Source: an uncultured bacterium (GTDB lineage Bacteria > Planctomycetota > DG-23 > SLPQ01). Taken from it: a DNA stretch of 34,512 bases. Under the pieces are notes generated by a model, which saw only the letters and a program-made list of their open reading frames with translations, did no database searches and had not been told where the DNA came from. The position numbers and the translations under genes are program-made. Shown here piece by piece: positions 1 through 7,034 of the stretch. Position 1 is the first letter of the stretch. Every line of letters begins with the position of its first letter. The DNA lies in assembly GCA_937863625.1 (NCBI GenBank), contig CALMGO010000489.1:1-34512 (forward strand). Reading direction: 5' to 3'.

Positions 1-108
1 GGTTTCCCTCGTCCCTCCCGTGGTCCTCTCGGCTCCGTCCGGTTTGGCCCGTAGGCCTGGGGGTTGGTACTTGCGTCCGTGTGGCCGGGTGCTCGTGGCG
101 TGAGTCAA

Positions 109-137
109 TGTTTAAGGCCAAACGGGGACTGAGTCAA
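109..137 (-). promoter_or_regulatory. candidate leftward sigma70-type promoter
   Basis: On the minus strand: -35 TTGACT (137-132), exactly 17-nt spacer, -10 TAAACA (114-109). The -35 sits inside the GAGTCAACCCT repeat arm. The -10 is weak. Confidence 0.35.
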
Positions 138-186
138 CCCTAAAAAAGCAAACATGCTCAAAAAAGTTTTCCCTTTCAGGGTTGAC
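133..186. repeat. 9-bp perfect inverted repeat GTCAACCCT (133-141) / AGGGTTGAC (178-186); operator-like, each arm contains a -35 hexamer
   Basis: Read directly. A third partial copy, TGAGTCAA, lies at 101-108 (compare 130-137). The A-rich spacer is AAAAAAGCAAACATGCTCAAAAAAG. Confidence 0.6.
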
Positions 187-210
187 GTTTTGCGAATGTA
201 GGAATATAAG
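182..210 (+). promoter_or_regulatory. candidate rightward early promoter
   Basis: -35 TTGACG (182-187), 17-nt spacer, -10 TATAAG (205-210). The ATG of the first gene at 217 is 7 nt after the -10, which predicts a leaderless or near-leaderless mRNA. Confidence 0.55.
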
Positions 211-216
211 GCCTGC

Positions 217-444
217 ATGGAAAACAAGAAAGTCACACCACTCAAGCGGATAGGTCGTGAGCGCGGCTTTAGAGGCCCGCTTGCACTCAGCAAGGCAACA
301 GGAGTCCCGTTTCGCACATGCGAAAAGCACTGGCGCGGGCAGCTAGGCGTAGGAGCTAAATGGATTTTCGTGTACGCCACGGCGCTCGACTGCAACCCGC
401 AGGAGCTTCGTGAGGGTATGGCTGGGATGCGAGTGCAATCATGA
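217..444 (+). CDS. small HTH DNA-binding regulator (Cro/Ner-like), first gene of the rightward operon
   Basis: 75-aa ORF with an HTH-like stretch LALSKATGVPFRTCEKHW. It lies immediately downstream of the promoter-like element, and its stop overlaps the next start (ATGA at 441). Confidence 0.55.
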   Translation: MENKKVTPLKRIGRERGFRGPLALSKATGVPFRTCEKHWRGQLGVGAKWIFVYATALDCNPQELREGMAGMRVQS

Positions 445-905
445 AAAAGAAGGTGTGCCTCAACTGCGGAGGGCCTGTCGGACTGAACCCGGCCCGACTC
501 GCCAAGACCAAAACCCCCGTGTGTAGCCCTGAGTGCCGTGCTGCCGTGCTGAAGAAAGAGCGCATGGCGAAGGTCAAGTACACGCGCTGCAACCATTGCG
601 GCAAGAAGCTAGACCATATGACCGCGTCCGGAACGTGGAATTTTGCCAAGCGGTTTTGCAACGGAGCGTGCGCCGCACAATGGGCAGCGAATGACGATAG
701 CACCGTGGCCCGCGTTGCGGCTACCAAGGCCACAAACAAGGCCAAGGCGCGCATTGACGGCGGCGGACTGTGGTTCGAGATCAAGAACGTGATGCCCCAT
801 ACGCCCTGGAACATGATCCAGTTTGACGGCTGCAACCCACTTGACCCTGCTGTGACCCTGTGCGGCCCGTGGGCTGCGCGTAACGGCGTCGAGTGCGGGG
901 CGTAG
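441..905 (+). CDS. tandem zinc-finger protein, function unknown
   Basis: Two internally similar modules, CLNCGG...VCSPEC and CNHCGK...FCNGAC (FCS/TRASH-like pattern from memory). ATGA start/stop overlap with the upstream gene. Confidence 0.6.
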   Translation: MKKKVCLNCGGPVGLNPARLAKTKTPVCSPECRAAVLKKERMAKVKYTRCNHCGKKLDHMTASGTWNFAKRFCNGACAAQWAANDDSTVARVAATKATNKAKARIDGGGLWFEIKNVMPHTPWNMIQFDGCNPLDPAVTLCGPWAARNGVECGA

Positions 906-1000
906 CCATGGGGCAGAGAACAGAAACAAGACGGCCCCTTCAGCGGTGCAACGCGTCCGGGGCCTTTCCAAAGACCACGCAAGCCAATGGAGGCACAATT

Positions 1001-1483
1001 ATGGAAGCACCTCCTCACGGTGTCAATGCAAACTTGGCGTTCAAGCCAATCGTATGCCGCCAGTGCGGCTACCAGGGCAAACCGAAAGCGACGGGCAAAG
1101 TTGACCCCGTACACGGTTACGCCCTGTCCTGTCCCTCCTGCTTGAAATGGTGGGGCTGGGGTGGCCTGTCGAAGGAACTCAAGGACGGGAACGGACAGCG
1201 CAAAGACGTTTCCATCTGGTCTGCCAAGCGGCTTGGGGTGGATCTCTGCCAATGCTGTCTGCGCCCTCAGGAGTTCTTGGGAGACGGCGGACGCCTGGAG
1301 GTGCACCACGTTAAGCCCGTTGCGGACGGGGGAACTGACGACCTTGCGAATATCTGGGTGGTCTGCACTGCCTGCCACAAGGAGATCCACCACCGGCGCA
1401 CGTACCTTAACTCGCATCTGACGAAGTTCTTCGAGGCTTACCTGGCGTGCAAGAGGCGCGACGACGCGGAGGCGTGTTCGTGA
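1001..1483 (+). CDS. HNH endonuclease with N-terminal zinc ribbon
   Basis: C-terminal LEVHHVKPVADGGTDDLANIWVVCTACHKEIHH is an HNH motif; N-terminal CRQCG...CPSC. ATG 1001 is preceded by GGAGG (989-993). The track start 893 has no comparable RBS. Confidence 0.85.
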   Translation: MEAPPHGVNANLAFKPIVCRQCGYQGKPKATGKVDPVHGYALSCPSCLKWWGWGGLSKELKDGNGQRKDVSIWSAKRLGVDLCQCCLRPQEFLGDGGRLEVHHVKPVADGGTDDLANIWVVCTACHKEIHHRRTYLNSHLTKFFEAYLACKRRDDAEACS

Positions 1484-3396
1484 GCAACGGAGCGCAGCTT
1501 CTACACGCGGCCCAGAAATACGCCGAAAACGGCTGGCCTGTGTTTCCCTGTGGGGTGGACAAGAAGCCCCTGACGTCAAACGGGTTCAAGGATGCGACTA
1601 CCGATCCGCTACTTGTGCGTGAGTTCTGGCAGTACAACCCAAGCGCGTCCATTGGCTTCCCTACGGGCAAAGAATGGTGGGTGCTGGACGTTGACATGCC
1701 AGACGGGCCTGCCACGCTGGCTGATCTTGAAGCCAAGCACGGGGCATTGCCTACCACAGTTGAACAGAAGACGGGCGGCGGCGGTCGGCAACTGTTCTTC
1801 CTGATCCCCCCTGGACGCGACATTCGCAACAGTGCGCGCAAGATAGGCCCCGGCCTCGATGTGCGCGGTGTCGGCGGATACGTAATTCTGCCCCCCTCCA
1901 ACCACCCCAGCGGGAATGAGTACTCCTGGATCAACACGCTTCGGGGAGGAACCACATTTGCTTTGGCCCCTGCGTGGCTCGTAGACCTCGTAGCCCCCGT
2001 GTCCATGCCTTCCCCTGCTCGACCCACCTACAAGCCCACACAGGCCAAGCGAGGCGGTACAAGCGAGTATGGAGCCGTTGCGCTCATGGAAGAGGGCATG
2101 AAGGTGTCCAGCACTCCGGACGGGGGTCGCAACCAAGCTCTGAACGATGCCGCGTTTTCCATCGGCCAACTCATCGCAGGCGGAGAGGTGGACTACGCAG
2201 ACGCCGAGTCCGTTCTCACCGATGCGGCCATGTCTTGCGGACTTCAGCCCCGCGAGATTTCCAAAACCATTGCCAGCGGATTCCGCGCCGGGGCCAAAGA
2301 GCCCAGGACCGCCCCGGTGGAAAAAATGGAAAAAATGGAAATAGTGGAAAAAATGGACTCGATGGAAAATGATGGAAATAATGGAAACCAATGGAAAGCG
2401 GTGGAAAATAATGGAAACACACCGCTAGAATTCTCTGGAAACATGAAGGCTGAAGTCCGTGAATTTATTGGAAGAACGCACGGATCGTTTACCCTTCGGG
2501 ACATAGATGACGAACTTGGCATAAAAACTGCAATTCTTAAGAAAAGAAGAAGTACATACTTAAGTGAGTATGTAAAAGAGGGGATAATCAAGAAAGACCC
2601 CTCTGTGGGTGGGAAGTTCCACACCGTAGACCACTCTTGCGAGTGGCTTGATTGGGACGAGCCAACCCAAGAGTGCGACTTCCCCTGTGAGCTTCCTCTC
2701 GGACTCTCTGAACTGGTGATCCTTCCCCCTAAGGGCATAGTCCTGGTGGCTGGCACAACGTCGGCAGGAAAGACCGCTATCGCCCTCGACCTCATGCGCC
2801 GGAACCTCGGAAAGAATCTTGGCCTGATGTACCTCCCCTCAGAAATGGGGAACGCGGAGGTCAAGAACAGGGCTTCCAAGTTCGTCGGGACTCCATTTGA
2901 TGCGTGGCGCGAAATGAAAGTGCCGCGTGACAACAAGACCTCCTTCGCCGGGTTCATCCAGCACCACAACGCAAACGGCCTGACCGTCATCGACTATCTT
3001 GAAGAACGCGACGGCGAATACTTCAAGATGGCCTCCCACATCCGCGAGATTTACGACGCGCTGCAAGACGGCGTGGCCTGGGTGTGCGTCCAGAAGAAGA
3101 CAGGAAGCCTGTTCGGGCGTGGCGGGGAAGCTGTGAACGAGAAGCCGCGCCTTGTGCTGAACCTGGACAGCCTGTTTGACGCGCCATCCTGCCAAGTGTG
3201 CTCCGTGCGCCTCGCCAAGGCCAAGATACCCCGCAAGGAAGGGACGAACCCCCAAGGACTGGAGAGGCATTTCACGCTCTCCGGGGGCTGGCGCATTGAG
3301 TATCTGACCGGGTGGACTCGCTGCGACGAGAAGCAGCGCGAGGCAATGGTGGCTGGGTACAAGCAGCGGTTCGGAAACGGGGAGAGGCCATTTTAG
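1480..3396 (+). CDS. bifunctional primase-polymerase / helicase fusion (PrimPol - PriCT-like - winged helix - P-loop NTPase)
   Basis: PrimPol-type N-terminus (NGWPVFPC, KKPLTSNGFKDAT, WWVLDVD, LDVRGVGGYVILPPSNH) and a PriCT-like GGRNQALNDAAFSIGQL. A wH-like segment FTLRDIDDELGI...YLSEYVKEGIIKK precedes Walker A GTTSAGKT in a RecA/DnaB-like C-terminal domain. GTG 1480 follows GCGGAGG and overlaps the HNH stop (GTGA). Confidence 0.85.
   Translation: MSNGAQLLHAAQKYAENGWPVFPCGVDKKPLTSNGFKDATTDPLLVREFWQYNPSASIGFPTGKEWWVLDVDMPDGPATLADLEAKHGALPTTVEQKTGGGGRQLFFLIPPGRDIRNSARKIGPGLDVRGVGGYVILPPSNHPSGNEYSWINTLRGGTTFALAPAWLVDLVAPVSMPSPARPTYKPTQAKRGGTSEYGAVALMEEGMKVSSTPDGGRNQALNDAAFSIGQLIAGGEVDYADAESVLTDAAMSCGLQPREISKTIASGFRAGAKEPRTAPVEKMEKMEIVEKMDSMENDGNNGNQWKAVENNGNTPLEFSGNMKAEVREFIGRTHGSFTLRDIDDELGIKTAILKKRRSTYLSEYVKEGIIKKDPSVGGKFHTVDHSCEWLDWDEPTQECDFPCELPLGLSELVILPPKGIVLVAGTTSAGKTAIALDLMRRNLGKNLGLMYLPSEMGNAEVKNRASKFVGTPFDAWREMKVPRDNKTSFAGFIQHHNANGLTVIDYLEERDGEYFKMASHIREIYDALQDGVAWVCVQKKTGSLFGRGGEAVNEKPRLVLNLDSLFDAPSCQVCSVRLAKAKIPRKEGTNPQGLERHFTLSGGWRIEYLTGWTRCDEKQREAMVAGYKQRFGNGERPF
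2318..2441 (+). repeat. direct TGGAAA iteron-like array, 11 copies at 9-10 bp spacing plus one outlier
   Basis: TGGA(A/C) starts at 2318, 2327, 2336, 2345, 2354, 2363, 2373, 2382, 2392, 2402, 2412 and 2436, all on the same strand, several followed by A5-A6 tracts. The array lies in the inter-domain linker of the primase-helicase gene. Confidence 0.8.
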
Positions 3397-3443
3397 CCCC
3401 TCTTTACAACCCCAAGTGCGCCGACTGCCGCTTCGCCTCACTG

Positions 3444-3650
3444 ATGGCGGACGACGCGCCGGACGCGGATCAAGCGATAGCCCGCTGCACCGAGCCGGAC
3501 GTGGTCGGCTACTGGCGCGGAGTGACGGGGATGCCGCTGGAGTGGGTGGCGGTGAAGCTGGAACGGGAGTGCAAGAAATTTGCGAAACGACGGAAAAGCC
3601 CCGTGCGGAAAGACAAAGCGCGGGCCGGGTTATTCGGGAGAACAGTATGA
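3444..3650 (+). CDS. hypothetical small protein (start uncertain)
   Basis: The frame is open from 3312. Third-position GC is already high from ~3396, but the only canonical in-frame start after the primase stop is ATG 3444. The stop overlaps the SSB start (ATGA 3647). Confidence 0.35.
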   Translation: MADDAPDADQAIARCTEPDVVGYWRGVTGMPLEWVAVKLERECKKFAKRRKSPVRKDKARAGLFGRTV

Positions 3651-4021
3651 GCAACGACTACGGAGGGCTTCGCGCCGATAGGCTGCGGGTGAAGGTGAAC
3701 CAGGAAGGTAAGGCGGCTGGACGCTTCGTGAAGTACGGCGGGCAGGTTGGCTGGAAGAACAAGGGGGGCGAGTGGACCAACCGCTTTGTCGAGTTGATGG
3801 TCGGTGACGGCACGCAGCTGTCGAAGGGCGACGTTGTGCAAGTCACCGGGCGCGTGACCTTCGAGGATCGCGAGTACCAGGGCAAGACGTACACGAACCG
3901 CACCATATGGGTGGACTCCATGCAGGGCCACCAGCCCAGCCAGCAGCCCCAGCAGCAGGGCGGGCGCGATCAGGCGGGGTTCCCGGCGGACACGCAGGGC
4001 ATGGATCAATTGCCTTTTTGA
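3647..4021 (+). CDS. ssb: single-stranded DNA-binding protein
   Basis: OB-fold-like core (GGEWTNRFVELMVGDG...KGDVVQVTGRVTFEDREYQGKTYTNRTIWVDS), a Q/G/P-rich linker and a C-terminal tip MDQLPF resembling the canonical D-D-D-I-P-F tail. GGGAG lies upstream of ATG 3647. Confidence 0.75.
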   Translation: MSNDYGGLRADRLRVKVNQEGKAAGRFVKYGGQVGWKNKGGEWTNRFVELMVGDGTQLSKGDVVQVTGRVTFEDREYQGKTYTNRTIWVDSMQGHQPSQQPQQQGGRDQAGFPADTQGMDQLPF

Positions 4022-4032
4022 CGAGAAACGCC

Positions 4033-4290
4033 ATGCCCGCAAACATCAAAGACCGCCGCAAGCGTCGCGCCAGGGAGTACGTCACGCTATTCAAGGCCAA
4101 CTGTCCGTGCATCGAGTGTGGCGAGGTGAACACGAGCAAACTGGAGTTCCACCACGTGCGGGACAAGGTGATTGACGTATCTGAAGCGGCGTATCGCGGC
4201 TGGTCTTTGAGGTCGATCATGAAAGAGACGCGCAAGTGCGTGGTGCTGTGCATGAAGTGCCACCGCAGATTGCACAAGAGGGCTGAATGA
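4033..4290 (+). CDS. HNH endonuclease (small)
   Basis: CPCIECG...LEFHHVRDK...VVLCMKCHRRLH is an HNH/zinc motif. The track ORF 3907 has an Ala/Pro/Gly-rich off-frame-looking N-terminus, so ATG 4033 is preferred. Confidence 0.8.
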   Translation: MPANIKDRRKRRAREYVTLFKANCPCIECGEVNTSKLEFHHVRDKVIDVSEAAYRGWSLRSIMKETRKCVVLCMKCHRRLHKRAE

Positions 4291-4736
4291 GCATCACATA
4301 CATAGGCATCGACCCCGGCGCAACGGGCGCAATCGCTGCGATATTCCCGGACGGCGAGTGTGGCGTGTGGGACTACCCCGGCGATGAAGTGGCCCTTGCG
4401 GACATCCTGACGGACATCAAGATAGGGCGAGACTGCCGGGCCGTGGTGGAACAGCAACAGGCCATGCCGAAGCAGGGCGTGGTGTCCATGTTCAAGCTCG
4501 GGCTGAACTTCGGTGCTCACTTGGGTGCTCTGGCGGCGCTGCAAATAGCCGTCCGCACCGTGCGCCCTTCCGAGTGGAAGAAGGGCTATGTGCCGCCCAA
4601 GTCGGACAAGAGCGAGTCACTGACGGTGGCGCGGAGGATGTTCCCGGACGCACCGTTGACACGGAAAAAAGACCACGGGCGGGCTGAGGCGTTGCTGCTG
4701 GCCGATTACGCACGAAAAGTATGGGGGGAGAAATGA
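4287..4736 (+). CDS. RuvC-like Holliday junction resolvase
   Basis: RNase-H-fold resolvase signature: YIGIDPGATGAIA (first Asp), VVEQQQ (Glu), KKDHGRAEALLLADY (C-terminal acidic pair). ATGA overlap with the HNH gene. Confidence 0.75.
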   Translation: MSITYIGIDPGATGAIAAIFPDGECGVWDYPGDEVALADILTDIKIGRDCRAVVEQQQAMPKQGVVSMFKLGLNFGAHLGALAALQIAVRTVRPSEWKKGYVPPKSDKSESLTVARRMFPDAPLTRKKDHGRAEALLLADYARKVWGEK

Positions 4737-5029
4737 GCGGACATCGCATCATGGTGGACCTGAAGCCAAACACCTACCGTGGAGAGGAATGGGCCGTCTA
4801 CGCTCTGCACGTTCTGCGGCACATCGAACAGTACACCGTACCGCAGTACGGTGACGGACCCAGCGACCCGGTGCAGAAATGGACGCTGGAGGACTGCAAG
4901 CGCAGCCTGGAGCGGTACGTCAACCGCATGTGCCGGGGGCAGCGCGGCAAGGATGAGGCCATGCGCGACATGCTCAAGGTCGGACACTACGGGTGCATCG
5001 CCCACGCCAAGATGATGGAGGACGAATGA
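4733..5029 (+). CDS. hypothetical phage protein
   Basis: ATG 4733 overlaps the upstream stop (ATGA). Coding-like codon bias; helical protein ending KDEAMRDMLKVGHYGCIAHAKMM. Confidence 0.6.
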   Translation: MSGHRIMVDLKPNTYRGEEWAVYALHVLRHIEQYTVPQYGDGPSDPVQKWTLEDCKRSLERYVNRMCRGQRGKDEAMRDMLKVGHYGCIAHAKMMEDE

Positions 5030-5250
5030 CCTGGCTCACCCAGGACAGGCGCGGCCTAATCGAAGAAGCCATCGCCAAGGCCGTGGCCCTACACCCGGAA
5101 TTCAGTGCCGACAACTTCGCGGACGTGCTTGGCGAGGAGGTGGGCGAGGTGCATCGGGCCAGGATTGACAATGACGACGTTGGAGAAATGTATGAACTGC
5201 TGGACGTGATAGCCGTGTGCATGCGGCGCATAAGGGAGCTTGGGCGATGA
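5026..5250 (+). CDS. small MazG-like nucleotide pyrophosphohydrolase-like protein
   Basis: LGEEVGEVHRA...EMYELLDVIAVC resembles the E-E-x-G-E ... E-x-x-D metal-binding helices of all-alpha NTP pyrophosphatases (recollection). ATGA overlaps at both ends. Confidence 0.45.
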   Translation: MTWLTQDRRGLIEEAIAKAVALHPEFSADNFADVLGEEVGEVHRARIDNDDVGEMYELLDVIAVCMRRIRELGR

Positions 5251-5489
5251 ACAACCATAAGCCTGACCCGTCCGTCCTGCCCTGCATAGGATGCCGTGGA
5301 ACGTTCCCGGACTGCCGCCACGCGTGCGGAGATTTGGACGCTCACCACGCCTGGCAGGATCGGCAACGGCTGCACGGTGCTGCGGACACGCTCATGGGCA
5401 TCTTTGGCTACACGCGGGTAGAAACATCGGCAACCAACATCGGCACATGCCCCGCCGAGGGCGTGTACGTGCGCGAGGTGGCGGGATGA
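5247..5489 (+). CDS. hypothetical Cys/His-rich protein
   Basis: ATGA overlaps at both ends. Contains CIGCRGTFPDCRHACGDLDAHH. Confidence 0.55.
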   Translation: MNNHKPDPSVLPCIGCRGTFPDCRHACGDLDAHHAWQDRQRLHGAADTLMGIFGYTRVETSATNIGTCPAEGVYVREVAG

Positions 5490-5623
5490 AAAAGCACTGT
5501 TCGACGTGTCGGCACTCAAAGCCTGTCAAGGATTTGTACGTCGTAACGGTCTGCACGCTACCCGGTGTCAGTTCAGGGAGTGAAGGGAAGGATTGTCCGA
5601 AATGGGACGCAAAGGGGGACTAA
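5486..5623 (+). CDS. hypothetical small Cys-containing protein (45 aa)
   Basis: MKKHCSTCRHSKP...KDCPKW. ATGA overlap upstream and TAATG overlap downstream. Confidence 0.5.
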   Translation: MKKHCSTCRHSKPVKDLYVVTVCTLPGVSSGSEGKDCPKWDAKGD

Positions 5624-5682
5624 TGCGCATCACCGAGAACCAAGCCCGCGCCCTGCTGGCGAAGCACAAGGGGACAAAATGA
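5623..5682 (+). CDS. 19-codon micro-ORF (MRITENQARALLAKHKGTK) bridging two genes
   Basis: ATG 5623 overlaps the upstream TAA and is preceded by AAAGGGGGA. Its TGA (5680-5682) overlaps the ATG 5679 of the next gene. Confidence 0.4.
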   Translation: MRITENQARALLAKHKGTK

Positions 5683-6449
5683 AGCGGGTAGTCGTCGTTT
5701 CAGACCTGCACTGCGGCCACTTCGCGGGGCTAACCCCCCCTGCATGGCAAGTGTCGGAGGCGCGTAACCCGGCACTGGCCGCGATGCAGCGTGAGTGTTG
5801 GAAATGGTACGAGGCTGCGCTTTCCGCTCTCCAGCCCATCGACTGGCTTGTGTGTAACGGTGACGCCATAGACGGCAAGGGCAACCGCAGCGGTGGAGTG
5901 GAACTCATCACCGCTGATCTGGAGGAGCAGGCGTCAATGGCTACTGCCTGTCTCAAGACCGCCACGGCCAGAAACCATCTAGTCATCTACGGCACGCCTT
6001 ATCACGTGGCGTCTGACGGCCAGGACTACGAGGGCCACATAGCACGCGAGGTCGGCGGGCGCATCGGTGGTCACGAATGGCTTGAGATAGAGGGCGTGGT
6101 GTTCGACCTCAAGCACAAGGTGGGAGGGAGCTCCGTACCGCATGGACGACATACCGCGGTAGCCCGCGAACGGCTGTGGAACGTGCTTTGGTCAGACCAG
6201 AATATGGCGCACCGTTCGGACGTACTCATCCGCTCCCATGTGCACTATCACACATACAGCGGAGGGACTGACTTTTTGGCCATGACCACGCCAGCGCTCC
6301 AAGGTCCGGGGAGCACATACGGTGTACGCCAATGCTCTGGCGTGGTGGACTTTGGATTTGTCGAATTTCGATGCGAGGGAGGGCATTACGAATGGCAGGC
6401 ACACACATTGCGAATCAGAGCGGCACGCCCGAAGCTGATCAAGGCCTAA
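5679..6449 (+). CDS. calcineurin-like metallophosphoesterase
   Basis: Motifs VVVSDLHCGH (D-x-H), VCNGDAIDG (G-D-x-x-D), YGTPYH, plus later SHVHYH. AAGGGG RBS lies 5 nt before ATG 5679. Confidence 0.75.
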   Translation: MKRVVVVSDLHCGHFAGLTPPAWQVSEARNPALAAMQRECWKWYEAALSALQPIDWLVCNGDAIDGKGNRSGGVELITADLEEQASMATACLKTATARNHLVIYGTPYHVASDGQDYEGHIAREVGGRIGGHEWLEIEGVVFDLKHKVGGSSVPHGRHTAVARERLWNVLWSDQNMAHRSDVLIRSHVHYHTYSGGTDFLAMTTPALQGPGSTYGVRQCSGVVDFGFVEFRCEGGHYEWQAHTLRIRAARPKLIKA

Positions 6450-6451
6450 CT

Positions 6452-6784
6452 GTGGACATAGAGGAGATATTGTCCGCGATGGGCGGGCAACACCACTGTT
6501 CAGCACCAGAGACTTTAACTCCCGTGCGGACAAGGGTTGCGCAGCAGTCTACCCCTGATGATTTTTTTGATTCGCTTGGGTCTGCATGCCCGTCTCATTT
6601 CGGTGCTGCTGCAATACCTAAATTTTTCCCCAACATTATAGCCGTTGGGACTGTGTACAATTGTATTTCAGCAGGCCGTGGCCCACGATATAGGAAGGTT
6701 GGGAAAAAGCTGATTTTTGAGCGTGACAGTTTCATCGCTTGGATGCTGGGCAGATCGGAAAATAAGAATACGGTGGGGGTGTAG
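6452..6784 (+). CDS. excisionase/AlpA-type (MerR-superfamily) HTH DNA-binding protein
   Basis: C-terminal FPNIIAVGTVYNCISAGRGPRYRKVGKKLIFERDSFIAWM fits the HTH_17/excisionase pattern. GTG 6452 was chosen because the N-terminus VDIEEILSAM parallels that of the next gene; ATG 6479 is the alternative. Confidence 0.6.
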   Translation: MDIEEILSAMGGQHHCSAPETLTPVRTRVAQQSTPDDFFDSLGSACPSHFGAAAIPKFFPNIIAVGTVYNCISAGRGPRYRKVGKKLIFERDSFIAWMLGRSENKNTVGV

Positions 6785-6785
6785 C

Positions 6786-7034
6786 ATGATGACTGTGGAT
6801 ATTGACGCCATCCTGTCCGCCCTGTCTGCGTCGTCCGCCAACCCCGTGGACAAGGGCGAGGGCTACACGTTGCGCGAGTTGGTGGACATGACCAACACCA
6901 GCGAGCACGCCGTCAGGAAGCGTCTGCGCGAGCTTCACCGGGACGGGGCCGTGCGCACGTCCAAGAAGATCATTGACTCCATCAGCGGCCACACGCAGCG
7001 CGTCACGTCCTACGTATTCGCGGAGGCAAGATGA
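6786..7034 (+). CDS. winged-helix DNA-binding protein
   Basis: YTLRELVDMTNTSEHAVRKRLRELHRDGAVR is a MarR/GntR-like wHTH pattern. N-terminus is MMTVDIDAILSAL. Confidence 0.6.
   Translation: MMTVDIDAILSALSASSANPVDKGEGYTLRELVDMTNTSEHAVRKRLRELHRDGAVRTSKKIIDSISGHTQRVTSYVFAEAR

Noticed and set aside
893-1000. Upstream extensions proposed by the ORF track for several genes: 893 for the first HNH, 3907 for the second HNH, 5565 for the phosphoesterase, 8643 for the PLA2-motif gene, 16396 for the scaffold, and 32988, 33489 and 34205 on the minus strand.
   Set aside because: The extensions overlap upstream genes, look compositionally off-frame and lack RBSs, whereas the internal starts have SD sequences or 1- to 4-nt stop/start overlaps.
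356-1579. Long antisense or off-frame ORFs: 356-1579 (-), 2244-2990 (-), 11939-13168 (-), 14311-15345 (-), 17344-18486 (-), 19369-20205 (-), 27977-28882 (-) and 31433-32494 (+).
   Set aside because: They are fully overlapped by opposite-strand or other-frame genes that have recognisable motifs, RBSs and coupled junctions. Their translations are Arg/Pro/Ala/Gly-rich low complexity, as is typical of spurious ORFs in high-GC DNA.
2318-2441. Possible CRISPR-like or minisatellite array.
   Set aside because: The units are only 9-10 bp with no unique spacers, they lie in frame inside a gene, and there are no cas genes. The array is better described as iteron-like or a phased repeat.
3388-3646. +1 slippage at CCA-TTT-TAG at the end of the primase-helicase gene, which would read into the open frame preceding SSB (track ORF 3416-4021, N-terminal 77 aa).
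   Set aside because: The extension frame translates to Arg/Gly-rich nonsense. SSB has its own GGGAG RBS and an ATGA-coupled start at 3647. There is no stimulatory structure.
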